DNA of 62,403 nt, the filler included. It is 6 parts of 6 records of this genome, joined end to end, with 100 filler letters (N's around TTAATTAATTAA, not from the genome) between each part and the next. Parts side by side here need not be neighbours in the genome. Positions count along the whole stretch, not along the records: positions 38,984 to 47,192 come from SRR2962707_2214; positions 47,293 to 54,311 come from SRR2962707_2216; positions 54,412 to 62,403 come from SRR2962707_2220; 3 more parts are not named here. One strand, given 5' to 3'. Below the pieces are notes generated by a model. That model made no database searches and was not told the DNA's origin. It was given only the letters and a program-made list of their open reading frames with translations. Position 1 is the stretch's first letter, and each line of letters starts with the position of its first letter. Positions 42,601 to 55,093 of this stretch are shown piece after piece. The position numbers and the translations under genes are program-made.

Positions 42601-44762
42601 ACACTGCAATATGGTTCGCAAAACTTCGGGGAAACAGTACAACGGGATTCAGTGCAACAACCTTGGAAACTGACACGCCTGCTGCTGGGAACAACTTTGA
42701 CTCTTCAGCCCCCACCGCGACGCTTGTCCACCACCAACTCAGCCGTGATCTGTCATCCAGCGAAGTATTCCAACAGCAAGAGTCGCTGCAGACGTGTCTA
42801 GTCCCTTCGATCATCTTTGACCCAGAAACGTCTGGCCTCAAAGTTGTCATGGCGCTGTCAGCGACCATGGCAACCGTGTGCGCCTGCCTAGTCATGACAC
42901 TCACGTTCACCATACTGTGCTGCTGCGCTCACCGCGACAACCCGCACGCTTGCGTGGCATACGAAATGTACGGACACAACATTGAACGGAGTGTGGCTTA
43001 CAACCGCGCAAACGAGTTTCGCGCGCAGGCATGGCGCGATCACAGCCTGCGCGCTGCGCTGAGCGAGGAAAAGTCTCTTTTTCTCCGCCGCGCAGCTTTG
43101 GCCCGAAATAGTTGCAATATTTTGAGACAAACGTGCCGACAGTCTCGACCATATGCTTTTCTTCCCCACAGTCGTTTTTCCCGCCGCAAGGTGTGGAGGC
43201 TCGCTGCAGCACGATACATGACTGCGACACTTACAAGCCGACGTTTGCTAAGGGTAGTTCGCAGTCTACACCCGCTTCTTTCAGTCGCACGGCTAGTTGT
43301 CTATGCTTCTATTCTGGGAACTCTGCGGTGCTTCATGCCGCCGACACATGCGTTTCGCCATGGTGGCGCTTGGAGTGCGTTCGAGTGGGATGATTGGGGT
43401 GTGGTTCCACAAAGTGACCCACTTTGGTTCATTTGGCCAACTGCAGTTTTTTCTGAAGACAGAATGCCGAGGTTTGAGTCTGAAGCAGCATCATCAGGAC
43501 AGGAGATACCAGGCCTGGTCCAGATATTATGGGGAGCAGCTGTTTTCATTGTAGTGAACCAAATACGATTTCAGTGGGGTGATGCAGCGTTGCTGGCGCT
43601 TTTTAATTCTGAAATTCCGCTTTTGTGGCTTCGTCCTGCCCTTGCGGCAGCTGCATTGGTCATTCCACTTGCACTGTGGGTAATACCTGCAATTAGTTTG
43701 ATAACTTTGTCCGAGTTGCGCCATATTGGAAACGCAGCAACGGAATCTGCTGCCGGAAGTTGGTGGGATGCCCCGGTCGCAGTACACCTCATCGGGGTAG
43801 CTGTTATGGTAGAAGCTGCTTGGCTTTTTGGACCCTGCCGAATGGCTCTGAACGAATTTTTGCGCAGCACGAGCACGTACCAAAAACGATTGAAGAGACG
43901 GCGAGAAAGGAACACCAAGCCCACTCCTTGGTGCTGCATAATACTTGGCAGCAAACAGCGAGCTGTTCGACCAGTATCCGTGGATGCATCAAATAGCGAA
44001 AAATCAAGCGCAGACAGCGGTAGAAACGATGGACGTGAGCTGGAGGCTCCTGGCCTTGCATCAGTGGAAGCGGAAATAAATGCTGTCGTCGCTGCAGCCG
44101 CCTCCGCTAGAGCGAAGCGGTCTCGTTGTAGCCGTTTTGGCTCGAGATTATTTGGGCTCTGTGGTTCTCGTGACTCTGTTCATGCAGACGAAGAGTGGAT
44201 TTCGGAAGCTGTGCCCCAACAGCTCATGTCAACGTCTGACAAATGTGTTTCTGAGGGCTCATGTACGGTTGTGACCGCTTGGAGTGACGACAAAGCCAGT
44301 GACGATGAGCTTGAGCACAACCCATGGGTGGCACGTCGAAACCGCATTGTTCGGAAGAATGATGCAGAAATAATGGAGGTTGGTGGGTCAACTGACATTC
44401 CCAAAGATTCAGCCGTTCGGTTTGTGAACAAACGGTTGCGATGGGAGCTGCTGTTTCCCTCGCTTTGCTGCTGTGGCGGCTGCCCACTTGTCGTGCTATT
44501 TGTAGAGTCAGCGGCTGCAATATCTGTGTCCGTGTTCCTATTTGGCTGGACCTACGACCTTGACTATGGCGAGCTGCTTGGCTCGGAGTTTGCAGGAAGA
44601 TATGGCACAATGGCGGGTACTCTCGGCCTTCCTCTATTGACTCTGGATCAATTGGACTGTTTCCATAACGGGCAAATCGTGCATTATGCTCATTTAACCT
44701 GCGTTGCGGTGGTTGCTTTCATGGCTTTGGCTGCACAGGCTGCCTGTTGCCGCTTGAAATGA
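39680..44762 (+). CDS. Large hypothetical multi-pass membrane protein (~1,670 aa) with Cys-rich luminal/extracellular region
   Basis: ORFs 39662-41788 and 41928-44762 join in frame via a phase-2 intron ending TATAG at 41839. The donor is either GTGGGT at 41776 or a GC donor at 41743. It has multiple hydrophobic helices and many NxS/T sites. No family was recognised. Confidence 0.65.
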
Positions 44763-44968
44763 CGCGGAACGATAGCGACTTTTGGTAGTAGACTACCTTT
44801 CCCCCACCGCCCACTCTTGCACAGCAAATTATTGGGCATGTATGTATGTAAGTTTGGTGTTGTATATAATTTAAAAGCTCCAAATTTACGATTGACCCCG
44901 TTTACTTTCGTTCCTGCACTGTGCGATAAGAATCGCCGAGATCATCATCCGACCACAGCTTTTAGTAA

Positions 44969-47061
44969 CTACGGTCCTGCGCGTTCAACACAGTCGTTGC
45001 TCTCAGTGGATACTTTGTCAAGGCATAACGGACGCACCGGAGGTGGCCACTCAACTTGATCGGATATTTCGGTCAACTCCGAAAGCACTCGACGCTCGGG
45101 AAGCCACTGATTTTGCCCTTCAAACTTGTGATCAGAAATACCACGCACATCGTCCGTGGTCGTGGCATCGAGTGTTGGCGCAGAAGGTGCGGTGGCCATC
45201 CGCACAATATCTTCCAAAAGCTCGTTGTTGCCGAGGATGCTAATGTGGTCGGCCGTGGCTGTTCCTCCCTGTGCCACCCACGTAATGTCACGGATATTAA
45301 TGTTGCGATTTCGGTCGTGAGCGTATTCTCGCACAACAAACTGTGACGCTGGAACACCAGGATTGTGGGCCCTCGATAATGGCCAACCTCGCTCGCACAT
45401 AAACCCCAACGAAAGCAATGGAATTGTACCATCTCCGTCACCAAATTCAACCCCAAAATGGAAAACATCGTCATTGCGGGACTCGTCTATCAAAATGGGC
45501 TGTACGGGTGGAGGTGCTCGGCCAGAAGTTTTGGCTTCGATAAGCGCCTCTTCCAAAACTCGCTGCTGCCTTTCGACTTCAACGTCATCGCTCTGCCGAT
45601 AAGCGTATGCACGCTCTGTGTTAAGACCAACACCGTACATGCACACCACAGACATGTCTGGTGCGTAGGGTAGCTGCGTCTCCAGCGGGTTGCTCCAAAC
45701 CTGATGGTCTGGAAAACCAGCAGGCTCTGGATGTTCTGATACCCCGAACGAATAATGTCGTGCCACTAAATCCGCATAACTATGCACCCAAGTACACCAA
45801 AAACCGAACACAAAAAAAACCGCAGCAGAGAGCATTTCAGTCTTGGCATGCAACAAGCACAAGCAGCCCCTCTACAAGTAAACACAAAATGAGCAGATCA
45901 CGGAGGCGGGGCACAACCACTACATACGCTGGGGCGATCGCTCGAAGTAGCGCATCCGTTGTGCTCTCAAAAGTGAAATTCGTTTCATTCAGTAGCAACA
46001 CTGGTGCAGCGGCTCCTAAACCCAGTAATGCAAGCTCCAAAAGCTCTGGTCCCGAGATGTTTCCACTGGCGTCACTGTCAAGAATGCGGAACAGACCTTG
46101 CCAATTGTGAAACTCGGCCTCGTCAACAGATCCATCGGCATTGGCATCCAGCCCCGAGGCAGCGATAATCGCAAGTGCTGTCGCCAGCAACTCGGAATTT
46201 GAAGTGACATTTCCATGTGTGCTCTCTTCGGAAACGCAGCTGTCAGGGCTTGGTACTGCTCCAGCTTCATCGCCAATCGCAGCGGCCACGGCACCCACGT
46301 CAGCAGATTGACTGAAGCTTGTCGTGTTGCGGGCAAACTCAAGGAGAGAGCGGACATTGTCAACATCAAGCAGAGCTTCGCGAGCGGACTCGTTTCGGAG
46401 CAGTGTTAGAAAAATTCCGCCAGCTACAGGAGCTAGCTTTCTTGCTTCCTCGCGAGCATCGTCTCCAGCCGTGCGGTTTGAGGGTTTAGATTCGTTGTGG
46501 ATTTCATTTTTGGATGCATTCCCCTGCTTTTTTCGCCTACCTTCGCGGTGCACAGTGTCGGCATTCCACACCAAAGAGCCGCCCTTGGGGAAGAGGCTCG
46601 CAATTGAGCCAGTTGACCGGAAAATGTCAATAGCAGCTTGTGGCGGGAGAAACTTATCTTTCACGTAGCGGCTGAGAGAATCTAATCCAACGGTATCAGC
46701 AGCCTCCCCAGACACAGCCGCTGCCAGGGCCTTGGGGGCCCCAAGCAAGGAGCCTGCCAGAGCTACAAAGGTGGCGACGTGTTGAGCCACCCAGTCGCTG
46801 CCCCCAAACTGGCTTTGACTGACCCACTGCATGAAGTGCACCCACACGGTGGCACCCATTGAATGCCCAATCACAATAACTTTTTGCTGATCGTTAGCGT
46901 CCTTCAGCAATTCAATCGTTCGGCGAAGTTTGGTGAAGTATCGATCTCGGAGTTCGAGCTCAGTAAAAGGCAGTCGCCAATCGTAGGCCGCCAAATGCAT
47001 TGAGTCTTCGTCGTAGCCGACATCCGCAAGATTGTGGATCAACTTGCCCCATAAATTGTAC
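44969..47061 (-). CDS. Phospholipid:diacylglycerol acyltransferase / LCAT family (Lro1/PDAT-like), 5'-truncated, with EF-hand insertion
   Basis: YNLWGKLIHNLADVGY, AAYDWRL, nucleophile GHSMG, YGVGLNTERAYAY, GDGDGTIPLLSLGFMC and ADHISILGN. Exons are 45928-47061 and 44969-45779 (intron 45780-45927). Confidence 0.88.
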
Positions 47062-47165
47062 CTGAGCGGTGGCAGCACCGACGATTGTGAGCACGCAGCA
47101 ACGATCGGGTTTCAAAGAATGATCATGGTGCACTGTCAAGGTTCAATCCAGTTTGCAGACATATA

Positions 47166-47192
47166 CAGCAGCAGCAGCAGCAGCAGCAGCAG
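47166..47192. repeat. (CAG)9 microsatellite at contig end (intronic)
   Basis: Read directly. Confidence 0.95.
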
Positions 47193-47292
47193 NNNNNNNN
47201 NNNNNNNNNNNNNNNNNNNNNNNNNNNNNNNNNNNNTTAATTAATTAANNNNNNNNNNNNNNNNNNNNNNNNNNNNNNNNNNNNNNNNNNNN
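47193..47292. other. Artificial contig-joining spacer
   Basis: 44N-TTAATTAATTAA-44N. Confidence 0.99.
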
Positions 47293-47314
47293 GTGTGTGT
47301 GTGTGTGTGTGTGT
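47293..47314. repeat. (GT)11 microsatellite at contig start
   Basis: Read directly. Confidence 0.95.
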
Positions 47315-47463
47315 GCACGCGTACATGCGCACAGATGTGCCCGTACGTTTGCATTCAGACGGTCTGCCGCACAGCAGCTGTAAGGCTGCATTCGGTCAAT
47401 CCACTGTGTAACAACTGACCTCTGAACGCCTGTTGCGGGTGCGGCGGGTTCATTGTTGCGCAG

Positions 47464-50400
47464 GCGCGCAAGGAGTACGCCGAAGAAAAGCGCGAAAAAC
47501 TCAATGAGTACTTCCACGAGCTTGCCCGTGGGGAGCAAGAGGTGCTCACGTCTGAGATTTTCACAGCGTTTGTAAGTGAAGACAACGACACAGCTACGGA
47601 GTTTTTGGTGGCGCGCAAGAAGAATAACCCGCTCGCGAAGGTGCGTGTCTGGAATTGGTTCCCAACCTGCCTTACAACGTTGTCTATCCATTGCAACGCA
47701 TTCACTTTTTCCCACGCCATGCCCCTTCAGCTTCGCTCTTTGGCCATTGAAGACGTTGTTCCGGTCACCAAAACAGTGAAACCCTTAAAACAACACAAAG
47801 AGCGATTCCTTGTGGAGTCCCCGCCCATGACCTTTATTTGGGCCTTTTCGACAGATAAGGCGGACATTGGCTTTGAAGTGTTGTTCAACAAACAGGTACA
47901 GTCTGATTCGTTGGGCTAGATATATGTGGCTTCACCCGTTCGTGTGTGTGTGTTCTTTGTCATGCTGTATTTTGGCGACAACCACAATGCTTGGTAGGTG
48001 GTTGTCGAAGCAGTCCGTGCTCAGTCCCAACTCAGCTTGGTTACTGGACAATTTACATTTCGAAGCCACGGAATCGCCGAGTTCGTCTGGGATAATACGT
48101 ACTCGCGCATGACACCAAAGAAGCTGACGTTTCAGCTGAAGCAACTTTCGAAACAGCAGCTCGCAGATTTGAAGCAGCGGGTGATGCCTGGATGCGGAAG
48201 CAGCAGTGCGGGGGTACGGTTGGTGCCAGCAGGCAGGCTGCATGACGATTTTCGTTTTCCGTTTGCCTTGATAAACTCCATGGTGCTGCTCTGCGCAATG
48301 CGCCCCTCTTTAGATGCTGGTGGACGAAGACGAAGACGATAATGACTGGCACGAGGTCTCGGCGGAGAAAGACGTATGTTGCACACTCGGCGTTTGTTTT
48401 TTTCAAAAGAAATACATCGTGTCTGCGAGCGTTTTGAGCTACAGCTATGCTCACTCTTGTCGTTCGAAATGATGTAGATCGGGGCAGCAAAAGGCAGTCC
48501 CAGATCGACAGCCACAGCTGACTCGTTTGTTGATGCTGCATCAATGGTTGACGCGGTCACTGGGTGCGTCCCCTGCGTCGCAATTACTCATGTGTTCAAC
48601 AGGATGTCGCTTTTTTGTAACGGGGGCGGGGTGGTTGTTTTGCTTGCGAACAGTCCGCTGGGTCTCACTGCCGAAGAACGTCTTCTCCTCGGCAGCTCAG
48701 ACGATGACAATGACAATGATAGAAGCGCTTACGCTCCAAAGAGTGAGTATAATGCCGCGTGTTCTGCTGCAAAAGTGAATCTTGGTCACACGCCGGTTCG
48801 CAGTGGGTTGTGTCAACAACTCCAAGTCTCTTTTTAAGGTATTGTTCTTTGTTTCCCGCAAGCAGCCAACACGGACAAGCTCTTCGCAATGAGCAAGTCG
48901 GACCTCGTGGCACTGACCCAGAAACTTATCGCTGCTCATCGTGCACAACGGTCTGCCTCGAAAGCCCTGGCCGCCCAGCAGGACAACGCATCAAGCGCTG
49001 CGAGTGAGGCCGAAAATGCCGTGGCCGCAGCACAAGAAGCAGCTGCCATCGAAAAGGCTGAACTCGAAGCTCAGATCGCTGTTGTGAAGGATGAACACAC
49101 GACTGCTACGGTGCGTGGCGAAAACGATTGTGTTCGCAGATCCCAGCCTCTCGTCTTAGTTCCTTCTTGACATGTTGTCACCCACAGGCAAAACTGTGTT
49201 TGCTCGAAGCTGAAGCCAGCGAATATGCGCAGTCAAATGAGGAAATGAAAGACCGGGTTCGTAGTGGCACTCTTGCATCACGCTCGTAGTGAGCCACTTC
49301 CTCCCGCGAGTGATTCGCGTGCTTCGCACCCACCGCTTGCACAGATATCCGAGCTTGAATCCGGACAAGATGATACAGATGAGATGGACCTTTTGCAATC
49401 GTCACTCAGCGATCTAAAAGAGAAACTTGCAGCCGCCGTTGCGGAAAACACATCCCTAAACGACGAACTGGAAGGCGCAATGACAAAGGTTGTCGCAATT
49501 TCCTTGTGCACTCTACCAGAACCGCTGCGTGTTGTTTTGTTTGTGTTTGCTCCTTATGCTCGCTTCGACTCTTTGCATCCTGATTCGGACAGGCCAAAGC
49601 CGCAGAGGTGACGTCCGAGGAGCTTCAGCGAGAAGTAAACGACGCGGCGCTGTCTCAGAGCACTTTTGCAATGGAACTTGCGTCACTTCAAGCCGAACTC
49701 GCCACTGCACAGGCGCGTCGCTTGCAGCAAGCAATCCTGATTGATACTGTGACCCGCAACCTTCTGACAGGCGTCGTTTTTGCCCATGGTCGGTCAGGCA
49801 GAAGAGATGGCTGCGCAGGTTGCAGCCTCGAAGGCAGTCTCCTCGCAAGCATTATCCGAGAACATTGATGAGCAAAAATCTGTCCAATTGCGTGAGGAGC
49901 TGGCAGAGCTGCGATCGGAGCTTGCAGCGGCAAGAGCTGCCGCCACTGCCGCAAGTGAAACTGCTGCTGCTGCCTCTGCAGGCGAGTCGGTTCCAAGTGG
50001 CGGTGACGAGGTCGACATTCCCACTCTTGAAGCGTCACCCCGAACAAGGCGTCAGCGTACATCGGTCAAGCGCATGGATAGTGGTGTCGGGGAAGGCGAG
50101 GAAGTTGTCAATGCTAACGACTCTGCAGAGTTGCAAGTGCTCAAGACTGCGCTCGAATCAGCACAGACGGAACTCGAAGCGAAAGAAGCCGCATTGCAGG
50201 AGGCACACGCTGCAACGGAAGCTGCCCAAGCTGCAGCCAAGGCAGCCGAAAACTTGGCAAGGGCTGCTCAGGCGACAGCTGCTGAAGTTTCCGCAGCAGC
50301 CGAGACGTCACCCGCCATTTCTGGCGCCGACGAAGAAAACGGCCGCGTCTCGGAGCTGAGAATTGAGTTGGCCGAGTCCAACTCTGCGTTACAGCAGCAG

Positions 50401-52958
50401 CAAGCGGCCGCGGTAAGTGCATGCTTCACGGTGACGAGTAGCACTTCCACAAGCCTGTTGAGAAGTCTATCTTTGTGAAACAGTGTTTGGTCGTTTTTGT
50501 TGGGAAGGCTGAAGCCCACAGAGCTCTTGAAGCTGCGGAAAAACAATCTATGGATGTTTTGGCAGACGCCAACCAGGCAAAGAAGCGACTTGCCGAGTTG
50601 CAGGAGTCACACGGCGAAGCTTCTCAGGACTCGGAAGGTTTTACCCAAGCCCATGTTGACGAACTTCTTGAAGCTGCTCGCGCGGCCGAGCGCGTGTCGG
50701 CGACAGAAGCGATGGATGAAGCCGTTTCTGCTGCTCGTGAAGCCGCTCTTGGTAGTGTACGCACAGAGGTATGCTCATTGTTTCTTTGTGTGCTTGTCTT
50801 TATTGCCAGTGATTCTTGCTCACGCTGCCGCGCACACCCCTCCCCCACTTTCCATGTGGGTTTTTCTTTTTTTGTGTTGGATGCAATGTACCGGTAGGTG
50901 GAGACCCTGGAGAACGAAGTCGCATCTGCGACCAAGTCCAAAAAGCAAGTGGAAATTGTGTTGAGTAAAGCCAACATGAAGCTGAAGAAGGAGGTGGACA
51001 CGCTCAATGCACAAAACAAAAAGCTCGGGGGGCAAGTGCAAGTCCTCGTCAAGGTAGGTTCACCCCACTCTTCCATTTGCACGGGAATCGTGTTATTGGA
51101 CCAGAGGTCATGTCTTGTTGACCTGTGTAGGCGGTGAAAAAGCAGCAACTCGAAGCCCGAAACAGGGATGCAGCATCGAAAGCAGCTCTCGCATCCGCCA
51201 AAGAAGAGGCGGAAGCTGCCACAGCTGCTGCAGTAGCAGCGCGAGCCGAGGCAGCTGAGGCCGTAGAAGCAGACTCGGAAACCGACCGCAGTGGTGCAAC
51301 GTCGCCATCGTCGACCACAAGTGCTGAAGTTCAACCTCAAAGCCCAACTGGGAACACGCTCTTCGCGGAAGACTACGTTCATGACCACCGCGAGCATTTG
51401 TTGGATGGCGAAGATGACAATGCTGTTTTCATGGTAAGACCCATGAGCAATGAACGTGCGCAGCAACACGAGTGATGTTTAGTGCGGTTTTTGACGCCGC
51501 TCATTGTGTGTGATCGTATGTCGGCAGGCTGAAGCTGTTGCCCTTAACAAGCATGCATTCAATAAAATTGCGATGGTGGGTTCCACGCGAGTCCCACATC
51601 AAGTCCGGGCGTTTGTCGATAAGGATAGCGGTAAGATCATCACATTGCTTGGACCTTGCACTGTGCTTCTTCCGTCTGTGTGTTGTTGGCGTTACGTATG
51701 ACGGCACCGTTTGTGCGTGTTGGACAGGTCGGGCTCGAGACGCACCGTTTGTGGCACCATGTTTCGAGAGTGAACGAATGTTCGAATCGAACGGTGATGA
51801 CGAGGAGCACGCCGACTTTAGTGACCAACCATCGCCCGGGGGTGGCCGAGACGAACTGGACGATGTTCGCCTCGGGTCAACGTCACCTTCCGGCGGCGGC
51901 GAGAAGAACAAGAAAAAGTTCAATTTCAAACAATTTATGGAAAAAAGCAAAGAGACGATTTTGCACAACGTGGATCAGGCAAAGAAGATTGCAGACCGCG
52001 TCATCTTGGAAACAAAACTCACGTTCGTTGGTTTGAATTGCACGACTTCAACACGTTTCTTCATTGTCAAGTATTCATTGCTGAATCACCGTGCAATGAC
52101 TTGGGCAGGCATGTTGGTGTAGTGTGCAACAACTGCAAAAACCGACCAATCGTTGGGACGCGCTGGAAGTGCATGATGTAGGTCGAATGCCCGGATTATC
52201 CCCATCGCATGCGGTCCCCACTTTGACGCTTGGGTTTTAGTTGTTCACTCAAGGCCAATTGATGTGCATCGCGTGGCAGGTGCAAGAACTACTCCCTCTG
52301 CTCGATTTGCTATCGCAGTGGGGCTCACGGTCAGGAAGATCATCTGCCAAATGCGGGCGCATCAATAAGCGCTTTCAACCATCCCAAAGTGGAGAAGCTG
52401 CTTGGTGCTTTGGTCAGTCAGCCTCGACCGCTGTGCTTACTTATGTGTGGACACGTGAACTTGCTGTCATAGGGGGCCTCATTTGACTTCCGTTGCCGTT
52501 GACTCACGTAGGCAAAATACGACAAAAACAAGATGATGAAACTGCGGCACTGGTTGGAGCAAGTGGCGACAGTTCCAATGTCCGCACTGCCGTTTAACAA
52601 ACTGGAGATGCCACAGCTTCCGGCTGACGTCGTGGTGGGTTTCAACACCCTGTTGCTGCCGGTGTTGCAAAGCAACACACTGTCGCGAGGGCACAAACCC
52701 GCGCAGCAAACGCTGCTTGCCTGGTTTCCGGAAAAGAAGCAGGGCACAGAGGCGATACAGTCGTTTTTCAAGGTATTTTGTTCAGGAGTAACGCTTTTGA
52801 ACCGCAGCGTCCTTTCAGTCCCTTGCGTAGACTTTTGCCGCACTGTGGTGCTCATCCATGTTGCTATCGTTTGATCGACCTGCATACAGACTGGTCCAAA
52901 GGACGAGAAAGAGGAGCACCTTTGGCGGCTCCGTGTTGCAGTAGTTCCTTGCGATTAG
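47464..52958 (+). CDS. Multi-exon PX(partial)-GOLD-coiled-coil-ZZ zinc finger protein, 5'-truncated
   Basis: Exon 47464-47640 (AEEKREKLNEYFHELARGEQEVLTSEIFTAFV) resembles a PX C-terminus. Exons 47731-47895 and 47998-48180 give GOLD (FIWAFSTDKADIGF...FVWDNTYSRMTPKKL). Ala/Glu-rich coiled-coil exons lie at ~48890-51300. Exons 52109-52177 and 52280-52412 give ZZ (HVGVVCNNC...RWKCMMCKNYSLCSICY...H). The last exon, 52890-52958, ends TAG. Internal exons were not all resolved. Confidence 0.72.
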
Positions 52959-52991
52959 ATCACGCAATAATAATTTAAATTCCGACAGTAT

Positions 52992-54281
52992 CTACTCCAA
53001 CAGTAGCTCCGCAAAGTAGCCTGTTGCGACACTTGTAAGAATAGCCGAAGCAACATTCACCTAAAATGAATCACACCGGTATCAGCGTCCAAAAATGCAG
53101 AGCTGTTGCTACCGTACTGATTGCGACTCGCTGACGCGGTTCGGACGCCTTACCTGGGTGTTGCTGAGCACGGCTGTCCCGCAAATGTGCTGCGTGCCAG
53201 GCCCCGGTTCAGCAACAACGCAGTTGGTGCTCTCGTCCAGATACCTGCAGCGACAAGAGCGTAACGGGGTCAACGGCTACCGCATGCATCGGTTGTATGC
53301 ACAAACTTCAAATTGGACGAAACCAGCTGCAGCGGGACCTACGACGCTTGAAACAGTTGTCCCAACATGGAGTCGAGGAGTGAACCCACAAATCCTGCAA
53401 ATCCTCCGATGCAGACGAGCGGCCCGAGTTGGAAAGCCTCAGCTCCGACGAATAGACTTCCGAGCAGCGCAAAGCTGAAACCCATAAACAAGCCGCCGGC
53501 GAGGGAAGCCGCAGTGCCAACAACACTCATGCCGCCATTGGTTCCTTTCGGCACCGACCGCCACGGTGCAAGGGCCAGACGGGGAAGACCGCACGTATCC
53601 AGTATACCAACCTATTCGTCCACATGCCCACCCATACACACGGCAACGTCAGAACCGCTTCCTTGTTAGTAATAAGCGAAGCCACCTGTCAGCTTGGGCA
53701 GAAGCAAAGGTACAAAACCGATCCACGTCAGAGAAAGAAAGTACCTCGCTTGCCCAGGTGTCGCCAGCGCAGCAGGCGTAGTGTCCGAGGTACGCTGCCA
53801 AAAGCCAGGCGCCCAGCCAGTCATCGCGAAACGAAAGCGCAGCGTCAGCGCCAGCGTGCGCAGCGTAGCATGCCGCAATCACACAGCCGACGATACTGCT
53901 CGACAGCACCTGCAAAAATCCAAGTGGCTCGGTCAACAAGGAAGAACACGCATCCCAACACACACGAACACAGGCGCAACAGCGACCAGTGAAACCAAAA
54001 ACGAAACGAACCTGCGCCACGCCCCGTTGGCTCTCTTTCTCAAAGTCGGCCTCCAGTTTCTGCTTCTCTTCAGCCCGCCACTTCGTGAGGCGGGAAGAGG
54101 TGTAGTAGAAGGCGATGAGGGTGAGGCCGAACCGGTAGGACAGCGCCAGCGACACGAAGCCAACGGCAAACGCGGCTCTGGCCCCAGCGACGGAGAGAGA
54201 CTTTTTCTTCACGCCACGTTTCGCCACGACCGTGGCGACTGCTGCGGCAACCGCCACGCGCACGAGCGTGGAGACGGTCAT
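52992..54281 (-). CDS. TMEM19 / DUF92 family integral membrane protein, multi-exon
   Basis: KKSLSVAGA, SSRLTKW, RGVAQ|VLSSS, YACCAGDTWASE|VG, VPKGTNGGMSVVGT, GSLLDSMLGQLFQ and LSNTQ|VNVAS. Stop TAG at 52992-52994. Confidence 0.9.
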
Positions 54282-54311
54282 GAGAGAGAGAGAGAGAGCT
54301 TCAAGAGCTTC

Positions 54312-54411
54312 NNNNNNNNNNNNNNNNNNNNNNNNNNNNNNNNNNNNNNNNNNNNTTAATTAATTAANNNNNNNNNNNNNNNNNNNNNNNNNNNNNNNNN
54401 NNNNNNNNNNN
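54312..54411. other. Artificial contig-joining spacer
   Basis: 44N-TTAATTAATTAA-44N. Confidence 0.99.
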
Positions 54412-55093
54412 TTTTTTTTTTTCGTTTTTTTTTTGTTTTTTGTTTTTTTGTTCCTGTTCCCTCACTTCACCTCCGCTGCTTGCTTTGGGAGTTTAGCATC
54501 CGTAGATTGTGTTGTGTTTTAATTACGGCCTCCAGTTTTAAACATTATGTTAAATACTCTATTTTCAGCTGTTCAAACAAGTTAAAATGAGTAGTTCATA
54601 GAATATCTACTACGCAAGCTTTTTTTGAACCAACTGCCTGTTTTGGGAGCCCGTCGTCAGTCAGGTGGGGAAGAGACTACCAGACGCAGAGTTTCTGTCT
54701 GTCTCTGCCTGTCTGTCTCTGCCTCTCTCTGTGTGTGTGCCAGTTGAGAGCCTGGAGGTTCACAGCAAACCGCGCAGGGGAGGCGATTTTTTTCGTGGAA
54801 GTTGGAACTGATGTTGCTTTGAAGCCCTGGTCTTGGTTTGAAGATTTTGACGGGAGAGGGATTTTTGAAGATGTGAAGGTTTTTTTTGGAGGTTTGAAGT
54901 TTCTTTTTGACGAGCCAGGGTCTGCGTGAGTGCGATCAACACGCTTAGCTGCCCAGTCAAAGTTTCCGTCTCTGATGGAGAGAATACCTTGAGCGAAAAA
55001 AGGACCTTTTTCCAATATTCCAAGCACTGATGGGTTTACACTAGTTGGCGGGGTAGGCGCCTGCTCCCCGGCGCTGCAGGAGCGTGGGTGGAG

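Noticed and set aside
54677-55027. 116-aa minus-strand ORF
   Set aside because: No ATG start, ends in low-complexity sequence and has no recognisable motif.
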